Positions 10,826 to 21,636 are shown, counted from the stretch's first letter. The stretch is 64,000 nucleotides of DNA from Nitrospirales bacterium (GCA_963555755.3 OY820905.2:1024001-1088000); one strand, 5' to 3'. Numbers and translations are program-made. Notes: generated by a model from the letters alone, not told the origin.

Positions 10826-10980
10826 AAACGAAGTGTACCGCCGGCAGGCTATTGTGCCGATTGGCACGTGGTACCGTTCTGGAGATTGCTGCTCTTGTAC
10901 TGGCCGCCTTCTGATTTCTCGAGCCTAACCAGAAGATAGTTGCCAGCTCCCCACGAATGATTGATCCACTTGCCACCGTT
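10826..10980 (-). repeat. 155-bp inverted repeat, copy 2 (3' half of the small secreted gene)
   Basis: See copy 1. Confidence 0.95.
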
Positions 10981-11013
10981 AGTGGTGATGCGCTGGGCCG
11001 GGTGGGGTAATCG

Positions 11014-11382
11014 ATGCTAGTGCCCAAGGATGGTTATCTGCTCAGAATTTTTATCGGTGAACGGGATAAGCATGGCCATTTGCCGTTGTATGAGTGGATC
11101 ATTAAACAAGCCCGCGAACATGGGCTTGCCGGAGCCACCGCGTTTCGAGGAATCGAAGGCTTCGGGGCTCACAGTCATTTGCACACCTCCAAAATCCTGC
11201 GCTTAGCAGACGACCTTCCCATCCTCATAGAAATTGTCGATACCAAAGAAACAATCGAATCCTTCCTGCCCATCATCGACGAAGCCATTTCCGAAGGCCT
11301 TGCCACCCTCGAAAAAGTTGAAATCCGGTTGTACCGAAGGGCCCCACCCCCTGAGCCACCTCCCGACGAACCGGTCGCGTAA
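11014..11382 (+). CDS. DUF190 family (PII-like) protein
   Basis: LRIFIGERDK, GLAGATAFRGIEGFG, ILRLADDLPILIEIVD. Confidence 0.9.
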   Translation: MLVPKDGYLLRIFIGERDKHGHLPLYEWIIKQAREHGLAGATAFRGIEGFGAHSHLHTSKILRLADDLPILIEIVDTKETIESFLPIIDEAISEGLATLEKVEIRLYRRAPPPEPPPDEPVA

Positions 11383-11490
11383 CAGATTGTTTACAACTCA
11401 TGCGGTGAGACCCCAGAGAATTCCCCCTGACCCCTTTGCAAAAGGGGAGAAGGGGGAATGATTACTGGTGGGGGGCAAGGAGGAATTTAT

Positions 11491-11818
11491 GGATCATACC
11501 GAATACATGGTTCTACCCATACCGATTCACAATCCTGACCACAATGGTATCAATCCCATGGTGGTGGAACCGTTGGTCCTTTTTTGCCCCCTTTTGCAAA
11601 GGGGGGTAGGGGGGATTTGAGGCGGGCCGGGTGACCTCACACCACCTGCCTGGCCCGAGGTGCACGGGAGAAATCTCCCCTCACCCCTCTTTTTCAAAGA
11701 GGGGGATCTCTTCACTTGGCGAAGGGACATCTGTGCGGTTCACCCTGGCGGATATTCTGCGGCTTAGGCCCCTTCCCCCAAGATTTCAAATGCTAGAACC
11801 ATAATTTCTGTATGATCC
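11491..11818. mobile_element. 328-bp MITE (GGATCATAC family)
   Basis: IR GGATCATAC.GAA..ATGGTTCT; 8-bp TSD GAATTTAT; near-identical inverted copy at 34604-34931. Confidence 0.9.
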
Positions 11819-11906
11819 GAATTTATCCCAAAGGAGAGACCATTCGATAACACTCAGGACAGCCCTCAAGGTCACCCCCCTGTTCCAAAGGGGGGACCTC
11901 AAAGGC

Positions 11907-12531
11907 TAATACTGTTGAATTAAGTAAATTTCCTGTATAATACCCCTATGTTCGCCACGGATAAATTCTCAACTTTGGAGGTTTTTATGGCACAGAATTT
12001 GGTTTGAAAAATCATGCCAACTTTCCACCCTGCTCGAGGCTTTTCTTGGCCTCATTCCTGCTCGACTTCCCTCAACAGACTCCTCGCCTCCCTCCAAAGC
12101 CTTTACTCGTCGGCGGAAGCTGCCGTTGCCCACCCTCTTTGTGGTGCTGCTCTCACTGACCGCCAGCGGGAAGCACCAGGGCGTGGACGGCAAAGTCGGG
12201 GCGTTGTTTCAACAGGCGCGACGCAGCGGGCTCTGGCCCCACGCTCACGCCGTGCATCGGAGTGCCGTAACCAAAGCGCGAGCTCAGCTCTCCTGGAGTG
12301 CCTTTGAACAGGTCCATCAGGAAGCGGTGAAGCTGGCCTACGAGGTCTGGCCCACGCGTGAGGCCGACACTTGGCACGGGCTGTCGGTGTTTGCCATTGA
12401 TGGCTCCAAGTACACACTGCCTGCAGCCGATGCCGTCCGGGCTGCCTTTGATCCTCACAGCGGGTTAGAGCATCCCGGGAAAGGGCATTATCCGCAATGC
12501 TTGGTGTCCACGGTCTATGATGTGTTTCGCC
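11907..12531 (+). mobile_element. IS4-family element, left part only (truncated transposase)
   Basis: IR TAATACTGTTGAATTAAG; FTRRRKLP, SAVTKARAQL, AIDGS, HYPQ motifs; cut by IS6. Confidence 0.8.
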
Positions 12532-13324
12532 GGTATTGTCAATTTAACTCTGGTTTGGCAGACTGGGCAGCATGAAAAAGCCAACACCCAGCTACCACCG
12601 TCACCGTTTTCCCTCTGAAATTATCAGTCACGCCGTCTGGCTGTACCATCGTTTTTGTTTGAACTTCCGTGAAGTGGAAGAACTCCTCGCCGAACGAGGC
12701 ATCACTGTCACCTATGAAACCGTTCGCCAATGGTGCCAAAAGTTTGGGTCGGCCTATGCGAGGAAATTGAAGAAGCGTCAAGGTCGTTTAGGTGATACCT
12801 GGTATTTGGACGAAGTCTTTATCACCATTCAAGGGCAGCGCCAGTATCTGTGGCGTGCGGTTGATCAAGACGGCGACACGATTGATATCCTGGTGCAGCG
12901 GCGACGCAACAAGAAAGCGGCCGTGCGCTTCTTTCGCCGTCTCCTCAAAGGCCAAGGCCGTGAACCACGATGGCTGATGACCGACACACTCAAAAGCTAT
13001 GACGCCGCTCATCGAGCCGTGATGCCGACGGGAGAACACCTCAATCACGTCTACGCCAACAACCGAGCCGAAGTGTCGCATCAACCGACAGGACAACGAG
13101 AATATCACATGCGCGGCTTTGCTTCATCGACTCAGGCTCAACGGTTTCTGACGCTCCACGGGCTGACACAAAACCTGTTTCGTCTGGGCCGCCACCTCAT
13201 GCAGGCGGTCAATTATCGAATATTACGAGCACAGGCGTTTCAGGTTTGGAAGGAAGTGGTCTGTGCATAAGGGATTGTGCTAAGCGGTTTCATTGCGCCC
13301 TTCGGCAGTTAAATTGACAATACC
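12532..13324 (+). mobile_element. IS6-family insertion sequence
   Basis: IRs GGTATTGTCAATTTAACT / AGTTAAATTGACAATACC; no TSD. Confidence 0.95.
12572..13270 (+). CDS. IS6-family DDE transposase
   Basis: RHRFPSEII, WYLDEVF, YLWRAVD, NNRAEVSHQ. Confidence 0.95.
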   Translation: MKKPTPSYHRHRFPSEIISHAVWLYHRFCLNFREVEELLAERGITVTYETVRQWCQKFGSAYARKLKKRQGRLGDTWYLDEVFITIQGQRQYLWRAVDQDGDTIDILVQRRRNKKAAVRFFRRLLKGQGREPRWLMTDTLKSYDAAHRAVMPTGEHLNHVYANNRAEVSHQPTGQREYHMRGFASSTQAQRFLTLHGLTQNLFRLGRHLMQAVNYRILRAQAFQVWKEVVCA

Positions 13325-13392
13325 CTTTCAACCTATCTACGACACTTGTCCTGCCTATCGTGGTTTCCTTAAAATGGTCCAAGGATAAATGT

Positions 13393-14625
13393 ATGACGCT
13401 AGACGAAGCCCGTTCCTACCTCAACTATCTCTTAACCTTAAGTCTCCGCCGCGAAGATGCTTTTGGGCCACTGGCCCTGACCTTCCTTCGCGAACAGGAT
13501 CTGACTCAACTAGGCATTCTCCCGGAAGAACAATTCAGTTTGCTCCTGGCTACGATCCAAGCCTTTGCCTCTGAACCCAAACGCTACACCCACAAGCTCG
13601 AATTGTTGCAAAAGGCTCGACAACTTCTGCCCAACACCCAACATTTTGACCCTGAACTCGCGCAACAACTCGATCATGATATCAAGAAAACCGGAGCCGA
13701 GTTAGCCATTTACAACGAGGTCATGAAGGGGTCTCGGACTCCCACCTTGGATAAACAACGGTTGATCGTCGAATCCGACATTCCGGAATATTTTTTGGAC
13801 CTGGCGCAAAAACGAGCGGCCGCGTACTACCAAGCCAAATATCGCTTGAGCAAAGAATCCAAAACCGCTCAGCACTTTGGCGGCACGCCCCGTCGATTTG
13901 AACCGGACAACGAAACCGTTCACAAAGAATTTCCCGGCGCCTGTGCCCCGTTTATGTCGGCTCGGACAAATGCGTTTCATCTCATGCTTCCGTTTGACCT
14001 CAAAATCAGCCGAACCCCTGAAGATCCCCTTGATGCCGGTGTCCGAATCTTCTATGCGAAAATGGGCTATTCCTTTCCTCTTCGGTATGAAATGGGAAAG
14101 CTTTGCAATTATCATGATGGACAAGTGAACGATATCGCCCTGGATGATCCCAATCTTCTCTTTGTTTCGATGTCAGCAGTCAAAGACAGGGATTTTCCGC
14201 TTCAGGCACCTGCATCTTCATCCGATGTACCCCCCGAATATACGTATCCCGTGGCGGTATTAGAACATACCGGAAGTTTGGGGCCATTCATTCAAGTTAG
14301 TTGTAATTTCAAAGTCTGGTTCGATGCTTCTATGGTTTCATTATTGATCCAGGGCGCACCGGATTTGCACGAATACGGATTTCAAGGCGGCTCCGGACTC
14401 ATGACCCGGTCCTATGCCTCAGATAAGGTCAACACCTATGCCGAAGCTCAATCACAGCCCTGGCAAGAGGGGCTGAGCTTTAATTTTGTCAATCTGCACT
14501 TGTCTCTCAGTCCTGGAACCAATTCCGCTCTCGTTCCCCACAGCACCCCTATTTTTTCACTCTATCCCATCCTGGCCCGGCAATGTTACAAATTCGAAGA
14601 CCAACGAACTTTAGGGCACCTCTAA
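13393..14625 (+). CDS. Hypothetical protein; stop codon supplied by a MITE
   Basis: Long ORF of protein-like composition with AAGGA upstream of the ATG at 13393. Confidence 0.75.
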   Translation: MTLDEARSYLNYLLTLSLRREDAFGPLALTFLREQDLTQLGILPEEQFSLLLATIQAFASEPKRYTHKLELLQKARQLLPNTQHFDPELAQQLDHDIKKTGAELAIYNEVMKGSRTPTLDKQRLIVESDIPEYFLDLAQKRAAAYYQAKYRLSKESKTAQHFGGTPRRFEPDNETVHKEFPGACAPFMSARTNAFHLMLPFDLKISRTPEDPLDAGVRIFYAKMGYSFPLRYEMGKLCNYHDGQVNDIALDDPNLLFVSMSAVKDRDFPLQAPASSSDVPPEYTYPVAVLEHTGSLGPFIQVSCNFKVWFDASMVSLLIQGAPDLHEYGFQGGSGLMTRSYASDKVNTYAEAQSQPWQEGLSFNFVNLHLSLSPGTNSALVPHSTPIFSLYPILARQCYKFEDQRTLGHL

Positions 14626-14754
14626 AAACCGTCCTTTTCCGTGATGGCGGCGTCAGCCGCGTGCTCACATCCTCATGTATTCGCCCATACACTCCGGTTT
14701 TCCGCGCGCGGCTTCCTTGCCCTCACAAAAAATGCCGGGGTTTTAGAGGTGCCC
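14614..14754. mobile_element. 141-bp MITE (GGGCACCTCTA family), copy 1
   Basis: IR GGGCACCTCTAAAA / TTTTAGAGGTGCCC; TSD TTTA. Confidence 0.9.
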
Positions 14755-15257
14755 TTTAGAGTTGAACACCCCCTTCAATACTCCAGCTTGGCATTTTTCC
14801 CTTATCAGCCTCTACTCCTAGGAGGGAACTCTTTCCACAAGGAGGTTGTCCGAAATGAGGTTGATCTATTGCGGTTGCCAGGATTTGGCCAGATTTTCAG
14901 ATCCTTTGCCCTACATCAACACCACTATTCACCTCAAACGATCGAAAAATCTGCCTCAAACCGACATAACCTCGTAACAATCACTAATATTGGACGACCT
15001 CCGAGCCATTTCCAGAAATATTATTTCCAATTTTTTTTCAGTTGCATGGACTCAGATCCTATGCTAGGCTTATGAAATCGATGGATGACGACGGTCCCAG
15101 ACGAGGTTTTCGTCACCAGTTTAATGACCTTCAACCACCTCCCTCACGATTTCTCTACTTTTTTCCCACGACATGGCTGCCATTAACCAAAGGGCTTTGT
15201 TTTTCTGCACATTTTTGCCCTCCTGCCTTTGAACCACCTCGCGTTTAATCTGAATAT

Positions 15258-16541
15258 ATGGAATTCATTGCCATCCTGATTTGTTTAATCCTATCTGGGC
15301 TGTTCTCAGGGGCCGAGATTGCGTTTTTCTCAATCACCGAAAGCCGTTTGCAAACGATGGTTGATGAAAAAAAACGAGCAGCCTCAATGGCTCTGTTTCT
15401 CCGCCAAAATCCGCAAAGATTGCTCTCTACTATTTTGATTGGAAACAACGTCGTCAACCTGACAGCAGCATCATTGGTATCGATCATGGCTTTTCAGTAT
15501 TTCGGGTCAGTGGGAGTAGCCGTCGCAACAGGACTCCTCACGATTATTGTGCTCTTGTTTGGAGAAATTGTTCCCAAAACCCTTTGTGCCAAACATTCTG
15601 GCCCTGCCGTCCAAATTCTCTCACATCCCATCTATTGGGTCCAAAAATTGTTCTCCCCTATTCTGTACCTTCTCGAACCACTCATCTCAAAAATGACCGG
15701 AGGCCGAGGCCTGACCGTACCCTTTGTTACAGAAGAAGAACTCATGATCATGCTGGAGGCCGGAGGCAAAGCCGGGGTACTGGAGACAGAAGAAGTCAAG
15801 ATGATTAAAAATGTTTTTGAATTTACGGATCTCACGGCGGAAGATGTGATGACGCCACGAAATTATATGTTTGGATTGGATAACCACCTCACACTCGGCG
15901 AGGCGAAAGAAGAGTTGTTCAAAGCCAAGTATTCTCGAATTCCGGTGTATGCTAACGATTTGGACAACATAACCGGCATTCTCTATCGTAATCACGCGTT
16001 GAAAGAACTTGCTCAAGGCAATCAACACAGCGTATTAAAAGATCTTTCACGACCGCCGCTCTTTGTCCCTGGCGCGAAACCAGCAGATGATCTCCTCAAA
16101 CAATTTCAAAAGGAGAAACGACACATCGCCATGGTCGTGAACGAGTTTGGTGGCGTAATGGGCCTCGTCACTACGGAAGATCTGTTGGAAGAGGTTGTCG
16201 GGGAAATTCTCGATGAGACGGATGTTTCCGAAGAACTGATTAAACGAATCGGGAAAAATCGGATCCTCGTCCACGGCCGAACCGAGGTTCGAAAAATCAA
16301 CGAGTTCCTCAAGGTCGAACTTGATGATGAGGAACAAAACACGATCAGTGGGTTAATCCAACAAGAGTTGGGTCATATTCCATCGGTGGGTGAAGAACTT
16401 CATACGGATGGATGTCACCTGATCGTCCGGGACGCCGATGAAAAAACAATTAAAAGCGTTCAAATTGAAAAAGTCGAAGAGCCCACTCTCGAAACTCCTG
16501 AAGAAGATACTGAATCTTCCCCTGCCCTGCCTCTAGAGTAA
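15258..16541 (+). CDS. Hemolysin-family CNNM/CBS/CorC-HlyC protein (TlyC-like)
   Basis: SGLFSGAEIAFFS, LFGEIVPK, DVMTPR, YSRIPVY, VVNEFGG...EDLLEEVVGEI. Confidence 0.95.
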   Translation: MEFIAILICLILSGLFSGAEIAFFSITESRLQTMVDEKKRAASMALFLRQNPQRLLSTILIGNNVVNLTAASLVSIMAFQYFGSVGVAVATGLLTIIVLLFGEIVPKTLCAKHSGPAVQILSHPIYWVQKLFSPILYLLEPLISKMTGGRGLTVPFVTEEELMIMLEAGGKAGVLETEEVKMIKNVFEFTDLTAEDVMTPRNYMFGLDNHLTLGEAKEELFKAKYSRIPVYANDLDNITGILYRNHALKELAQGNQHSVLKDLSRPPLFVPGAKPADDLLKQFQKEKRHIAMVVNEFGGVMGLVTTEDLLEEVVGEILDETDVSEELIKRIGKNRILVHGRTEVRKINEFLKVELDDEEQNTISGLIQQELGHIPSVGEELHTDGCHLIVRDADEKTIKSVQIEKVEEPTLETPEEDTESSPALPLE

Positions 16542-16658
16542 TTCCCAAGCTCGAATATCGAAATCCGAAGCAATGACAAATAGCTAAACTGAAAATTTAG
16601 GATTTTGGATTTGTTTCGACATGAGACCTACGTGTTTCAAGTTTAGGGAACTTTTTGT

Positions 16659-17299
16659 GGATCATACAGAAATTATGGTTCTAGGAGTCGCATTCGGATC
16701 AATTGCCCAATGAGTGGCGTGAAGCTCAATCCTCGTTTTTCGAGTCCCGGCCATTGCCGGTAGCCAAAGACAAAAGGCTCTTCGCGTCACCGGGAGGGTG
16801 AATGGGTTGAATAATTCCCCGCCTGTTCCCCCCTTGGGAAAAGGGGGGCTTGGGGGGATTTTCTGATCCGGAACAGGCAAGTTCTGCACATTTCTTGCCT
16901 CCCACAAAGCGGGTTCCCCCGGCGTGGCTGCCGATCCAACCGAAGGGGCAAAGCGGGTGCCGGCACCAACGGCCCCCATCCTGACTCGGGGGCGGCCCTA
17001 GTCGCTCAGACAGTGCAAGCTTGGTGTGTGAGGGTATGGTTATCGTAAAATCCCCCCTCCCCCCCTTTTCCAAAGGGGGAACCTCCCGAGCACCGCTTCC
17101 CAAGGGATGTTCTTCCATCACCTGCAGAGGAGAATCCGGCCAACCGACCGATACGGATTGATGAAGCCCCAGAAAAATCTAGAAACCCGGATGGCTCGCC
17201 CATGAGCTCCTTTGGGGTCTAGTGGCCACAGATGGGTCCTCTATTATTGGCACGGGGTTCCTACAAAATTCATAGAGAACCATAAATTCTGTATGATCC
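16659..17299. mobile_element. 641-bp MITE (GGATCATAC family) with different cargo
   Basis: IR GGATCATACAGAAATTATGGTTCT / AGAACCATAAATTCTGTATGATCC; TSD CTTTTTGT. Confidence 0.9.
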
Positions 17300-17342
17300 C
17301 TTTTTGTGATTGATTTTAGTCTTTTCTAATTCCCGATTGAAT

Positions 17343-17531
17343 ATGATTGACCTTCTTTTGGAAATCTTAGCAAACTCTGTTTTTATGGCTGCAACTGGTC
17401 ATACGGTGTTAAAAGTAATTGGAATAAAAACTAGGGAAGATGACCCTTTTGCCCTTGCCGCAGGTGTTTTTGTATGGGCATGTCTAATCGCCTTGGCGGT
17501 TGTTTGTGTTATTTGGATATTCTCCAAATAA
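17343..17531 (+). CDS. Small membrane protein
   Basis: Two hydrophobic segments; convergent with ligA. Confidence 0.5.
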   Translation: MIDLLLEILANSVFMAATGHTVLKVIGIKTREDDPFALAAGVFVWACLIALAVVCVIWIFSK

Positions 17532-17532
17532 A

Positions 17533-19557
17533 TCATTCAACAATTTTTACAAACTCTTCTTCATTCAAAATCTCAATACCTAACTTCTTGGCCTCATCTA
17601 ATTTTGATCCTGGGTCAGTTCCGGCAACGACAAAATGGGTCTTTTTACTCACACTTGATGTCACGCGACCTCCGAATTTTTCGATTCGTTGCTTGGCATC
17701 TTGTCGGGAAAACCCATCAAGACCACCCGTGAGAACAAAGATTTTTCCAGCCAACGGTTTGGTTTGTGTTCCTTCATCAAGAGGAAGTTCTTCAACATCA
17801 AGGCCTAATTCCTTCATGCGATTTAGAACAGCCATGTTTCGAGGCTCGTGAAAAAAGGTCACGACACTGTGGGCAGTCTCAGGACCAATTTCATGAACTT
17901 CTAATAAGGTTTCCTCCGTCGCAGCGATAACATTTTCTAAGGACCCAAATTGATTCGCCAGAACTGTCGCCACGTGACTGCCCACATGGTAAATGCCGAG
18001 GCCAAAAAGAAAGCGCTCTAAAGAAGGAGTTTTACTTTGCTCAATGGCCGACAGTAATTGCGTGCCGGACTTTTCCGCAAATCCTTCGAGAGTGAGGATT
18101 TGCTCTTGGGTTATTCGATAGAGATCAGACAAATCCCGAACGAGATGTTGGTGCACCAGTTGTGCGACGGTTTTTCTTCCAAGGCCTTCGATGTTGAGCG
18201 CGTTCTTGGAAGCAAAGTGTTCGATACCGCCTTTGAGTTGGGCAGAGCACACAGTTTGACCAGTGCAATAATACATGGGGCCTTCTTGCACCACGGCAGA
18301 TTCACATACCGGACAGTGATCGGGAACAACAAATGGAGCATTCCGTGTTTCATTGGGAATAGGTACTCGCTCCACGATATCGGGAATCACATCCCCTGCC
18401 CGTTCAACCTTTACGGTATCGCCGACTCGCACATCTTTGCGCGCCACTTCTTCCACGTTGTGCAATGTGGCACGACTAATCGTCACGCCGCCGACTTCAA
18501 CCGGATCCAACAACGCAATAGGGGTCAACGCACCGGTTCGGCCCACCGACACCACAATATCTCGCACCTTCGTCAATTCCTTGCGAGATGGAAATTTAAA
18601 GGCAATCGCCCATCGAGGACTCCGGGACTTTTCCCCCAATCGGTCCTGAAAGGAACGGTCGTTGACTTTGACCACAATCCCATCAATTTCAAAAGGCAGG
18701 TGATCTCGCTTCTCTGCCATGTCTTGATGAAACACCATGACCTCGTCGATAGAGACACAGAGCTGTCGAAGAGTGGGAATGGGCAACCCCCAAGTCGCTA
18801 AAGTCGACACGGCTTCCCAGTGAGATGAAAACGGTTCGCCAGAAGAAACCATGAGGTCATAACAGGTCACCACAAGCGGGCGCGTAGCGGTCAGGCGAGG
18901 ATCAAGTTGCCGCAATGATCCCGAGGCCACATTTCGAGGATTGGCAAATGTGTCTTCCCCACGTTCCGTCAACCGACGATTGAGTTCCTGAAAATCAGGA
19001 AGGCGCAAATATACCTCCCCGCGCACCACGATTCGAGTCGGCAATGTTGGTTGAGGTTGAAGGTGCAACGGAAGCGATCGAATCGTACGAAGATTGACGG
19101 TTATATCTTCGCCCATCACGCCATCTCCCCGCGTCGATCCACGCACAAAAATCCCCTCTTCATACACCAATTCTACGGACAACCCGTCAAATTTTGGTTC
19201 AACGGCATACTGAACCTGATCCGCCTCAAGTTCGCGCCGCATGCGCGTATCAAACGCCTGCACATCATCTACATCCAAAACCGAATCCAAACTCAGTAAG
19301 GCCCGGTCATGTTTCACCTTTGAAAATTGGTCGATGGGAGAACCTCCAACCCGTTGGGTTGGAGAATCAGGGGTCACCAAGGCGGGATATTGCTCTTCTA
19401 ATTCTTGAAGCTCTGTAAAAAGCCGATCGTATTCGAAATCTGAAACTTCAGGTGTGCTGAGAACGTAGTACAGGTGATCATGATGTCGAATTTGCTGGCG
19501 CAAGTCAGCAAGTCTAACCTGAATGTCAGGAGGAGAATCAAATGGCAACCTACTCAC
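17533..19557 (-). CDS. ligA: NAD-dependent DNA ligase
   Basis: EPKFDG adenylation motif, FANPRN, RWAIAFKF, Zn finger, BRCT domain. Confidence 0.98.
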   Translation of the reverse strand: MSRLPFDSPPDIQVRLADLRQQIRHHDHLYYVLSTPEVSDFEYDRLFTELQELEEQYPALVTPDSPTQRVGGSPIDQFSKVKHDRALLSLDSVLDVDDVQAFDTRMRRELEADQVQYAVEPKFDGLSVELVYEEGIFVRGSTRGDGVMGEDITVNLRTIRSLPLHLQPQPTLPTRIVVRGEVYLRLPDFQELNRRLTERGEDTFANPRNVASGSLRQLDPRLTATRPLVVTCYDLMVSSGEPFSSHWEAVSTLATWGLPIPTLRQLCVSIDEVMVFHQDMAEKRDHLPFEIDGIVVKVNDRSFQDRLGEKSRSPRWAIAFKFPSRKELTKVRDIVVSVGRTGALTPIALLDPVEVGGVTISRATLHNVEEVARKDVRVGDTVKVERAGDVIPDIVERVPIPNETRNAPFVVPDHCPVCESAVVQEGPMYYCTGQTVCSAQLKGGIEHFASKNALNIEGLGRKTVAQLVHQHLVRDLSDLYRITQEQILTLEGFAEKSGTQLLSAIEQSKTPSLERFLFGLGIYHVGSHVATVLANQFGSLENVIAATEETLLEVHEIGPETAHSVVTFFHEPRNMAVLNRMKELGLDVEELPLDEGTQTKPLAGKIFVLTGGLDGFSRQDAKQRIEKFGGRVTSSVSKKTHFVVAGTDPGSKLDEAKKLGIEILNEEEFVKIVE

Positions 19558-19588
19558 TAATAAGACTCCTTGCCCTATCGCCTACCAC

Positions 19589-21484
19589 CTACCCTTGAAT
19601 AAATTGACTGGCAAAGCTCCGAATTTCGTGGCCGTTTAGAACATGAAAGTGGCGCAAGCGGTTGACGGTTTGGCCGGAAAATCGTGAAAGGGGAATGGGG
19701 ATAAGTTGGCGATCAAATTTTCTGGCAATCTTTTTCCAGCGGGACAAGAGCGGGATGGGACTCACAACCGCAATATGTCGCTCCGTTGAATGCAACGCTG
19801 CCCCAGCAATCAACCGATCTTCCAAGGATTGAGCAAAGTCCAACCTCGAATCATCCCATATGTTTGGAATCGATCGTGGAGGAAATTGAAATAACGACCC
19901 GCCATATTGCGACTGACCGATACCCGGTCCAACCATATTTTCAAGAAAGGGCGTGGCATAAAAACATAACGTTGATTCCTGGCCATGCTCCGCATACCAC
20001 GTAGCCTTCCAGGAAAATTTAGCTGGGTCCGCCGGCACTTCAAATAAAAAGACCACAATCTCCACATGGCCACGAGATGGTGGAATATCCTTGACATAAA
20101 TATCGCTCAGCTTCTTTCCACGTTTGGGATTCCAATTACGCAAAGTTTCGCGCATGTCGATTCCATCACGAATTGACGTAGTGAATTTATCAACGCGTGC
20201 AAGATCAGCCCCTAACACGGCCCTGGCTTGTTCACGAACATGAGCGGTAAAACCTTCGATGCGATCGTCCTCTGGTGGCCACGAACATTGGCCAAAGGGG
20301 TTCCACCGATAGGCCCATTGTTGTTTTTTCTGCCGCGTCGGCGTGGGTTTGAGAGATAAAGAACGCCAGGACGATGCCGCCCCCTGCAACCGATTTTTCG
20401 CTCGAGAAACCTCCCCATCCGGTGATTCAAGTTGCTCAATCCCAACCGCATACGGTGGCAATCCAACACTCAACGATTCCGTGTCTTGAAACACATATGT
20501 TTTCGCGGTCTCCAACAAGGTTATGGCGAATTCATCCCCTGCCATTTGCTTGCTGGCCACTACAAGGGTGTATAGATCAGGAGTCAATCGACGTTCAAGC
20601 AAGGTCAGATTTCGGACATACTGCAAAAACATTTGCAGCAGTTGCGGAGTCACCCAGTTGGCTTCTTGAGCATAAGTCGGGGATCGTTTCGCCAACCAAC
20701 GTGTGCGGGATTCAATCAAAAGCTCTTTGATCCCATCAATCGAAAGATGTTCATCGGACCGGGCTTCCAGCCTTCGTTGCTCAAATAATTCGGTCATGAA
20801 TGGCAATTCACATAAAGCAAAATACAAGGTGGATGGCGCCACGGTACACAAAAAGGGAGTATCCGCCAACGGTTCGGGTGAGGTATACGCCCACCGTTGT
20901 TGATACGCATCCCGCAACCAAGGCCAATCTTCGATCGGGCACAGGCAGACGATCGAGGAATAGTCGAGTTCTAATTCATGGAGTTTAAACGCCATCCACT
21001 TGATACGCTCATAACGCTGGCTCTGAGGCTTGGGATACGGCATGAACGGCAGCAATGCGCCAGCAAAGGTTGGCAGAGAAATTTGCTTCAGGGCATACGG
21101 ATCAGGCGATGGAAATGACAGGGGTTCAAATACGGTGACATCGCGATCGATATACTGTCGATCAATGCCTTCCCCCTTCGCCACTCGAAGTGCCATGATC
21201 GTCGGTTGGCATGGATCAATCGGTATATAGCTGCAAGTCGGCTGTTCCTGTTGATCAGGCTCCGGAAGCACCACGAGGCTAATCTGGGGAAGTCGTTGGA
21301 TTCCCTGCTCAACCAATGGCTCAACCGAAGACGGCAACCCAACGGCCAGACAATCGGCTCGTTGCGACAGAAAGAGTTCCCGGACTTCCTGCGCCACATC
21401 GCTACTGGCATGCTGAATGGGGAGGATGCGAATGTGTGAGGACAGTTCGAGAACGGATTCAGCAGTGGGAGAGAGGGATTTCAT
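19589..21484 (-). CDS. Conserved hypothetical protein, probable MoxR partner
   Basis: 631-aa ORF co-oriented downstream of the MoxR gene; DGIDMRETLR motif. Confidence 0.75.
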   Translation of the reverse strand: MKSLSPTAESVLELSSHIRILPIQHASSDVAQEVRELFLSQRADCLAVGLPSSVEPLVEQGIQRLPQISLVVLPEPDQQEQPTCSYIPIDPCQPTIMALRVAKGEGIDRQYIDRDVTVFEPLSFPSPDPYALKQISLPTFAGALLPFMPYPKPQSQRYERIKWMAFKLHELELDYSSIVCLCPIEDWPWLRDAYQQRWAYTSPEPLADTPFLCTVAPSTLYFALCELPFMTELFEQRRLEARSDEHLSIDGIKELLIESRTRWLAKRSPTYAQEANWVTPQLLQMFLQYVRNLTLLERRLTPDLYTLVVASKQMAGDEFAITLLETAKTYVFQDTESLSVGLPPYAVGIEQLESPDGEVSRAKNRLQGAASSWRSLSLKPTPTRQKKQQWAYRWNPFGQCSWPPEDDRIEGFTAHVREQARAVLGADLARVDKFTTSIRDGIDMRETLRNWNPKRGKKLSDIYVKDIPPSRGHVEIVVFLFEVPADPAKFSWKATWYAEHGQESTLCFYATPFLENMVGPGIGQSQYGGSLFQFPPRSIPNIWDDSRLDFAQSLEDRLIAGAALHSTERHIAVVSPIPLLSRWKKIARKFDRQLIPIPLSRFSGQTVNRLRHFHVLNGHEIRSFASQFIQG

Positions 21485-21636
21485 GTGGGAAACTCTATAT
21501 CCGAAGCACCAAATCTCAAACACATTCAAAATTCGAAGGTGGGAAAGACCAAACCCTCTAATCAAATTTGGAACATTGAAATGTTGATTATTGGAATTTG
21601 TTTAGAATTTCGATTTTCGTGCTTGTTATTTCTCCC

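Noticed and set aside
5813..10980. DGR template/variable repeat pair (all 6 mismatches involve an adenine)
   Set aside because: The adenines are split between the two copies (4 vs 2), mismatch density is low, one lies beyond the stop codon, and the only RT in the window is a group II intron maturase
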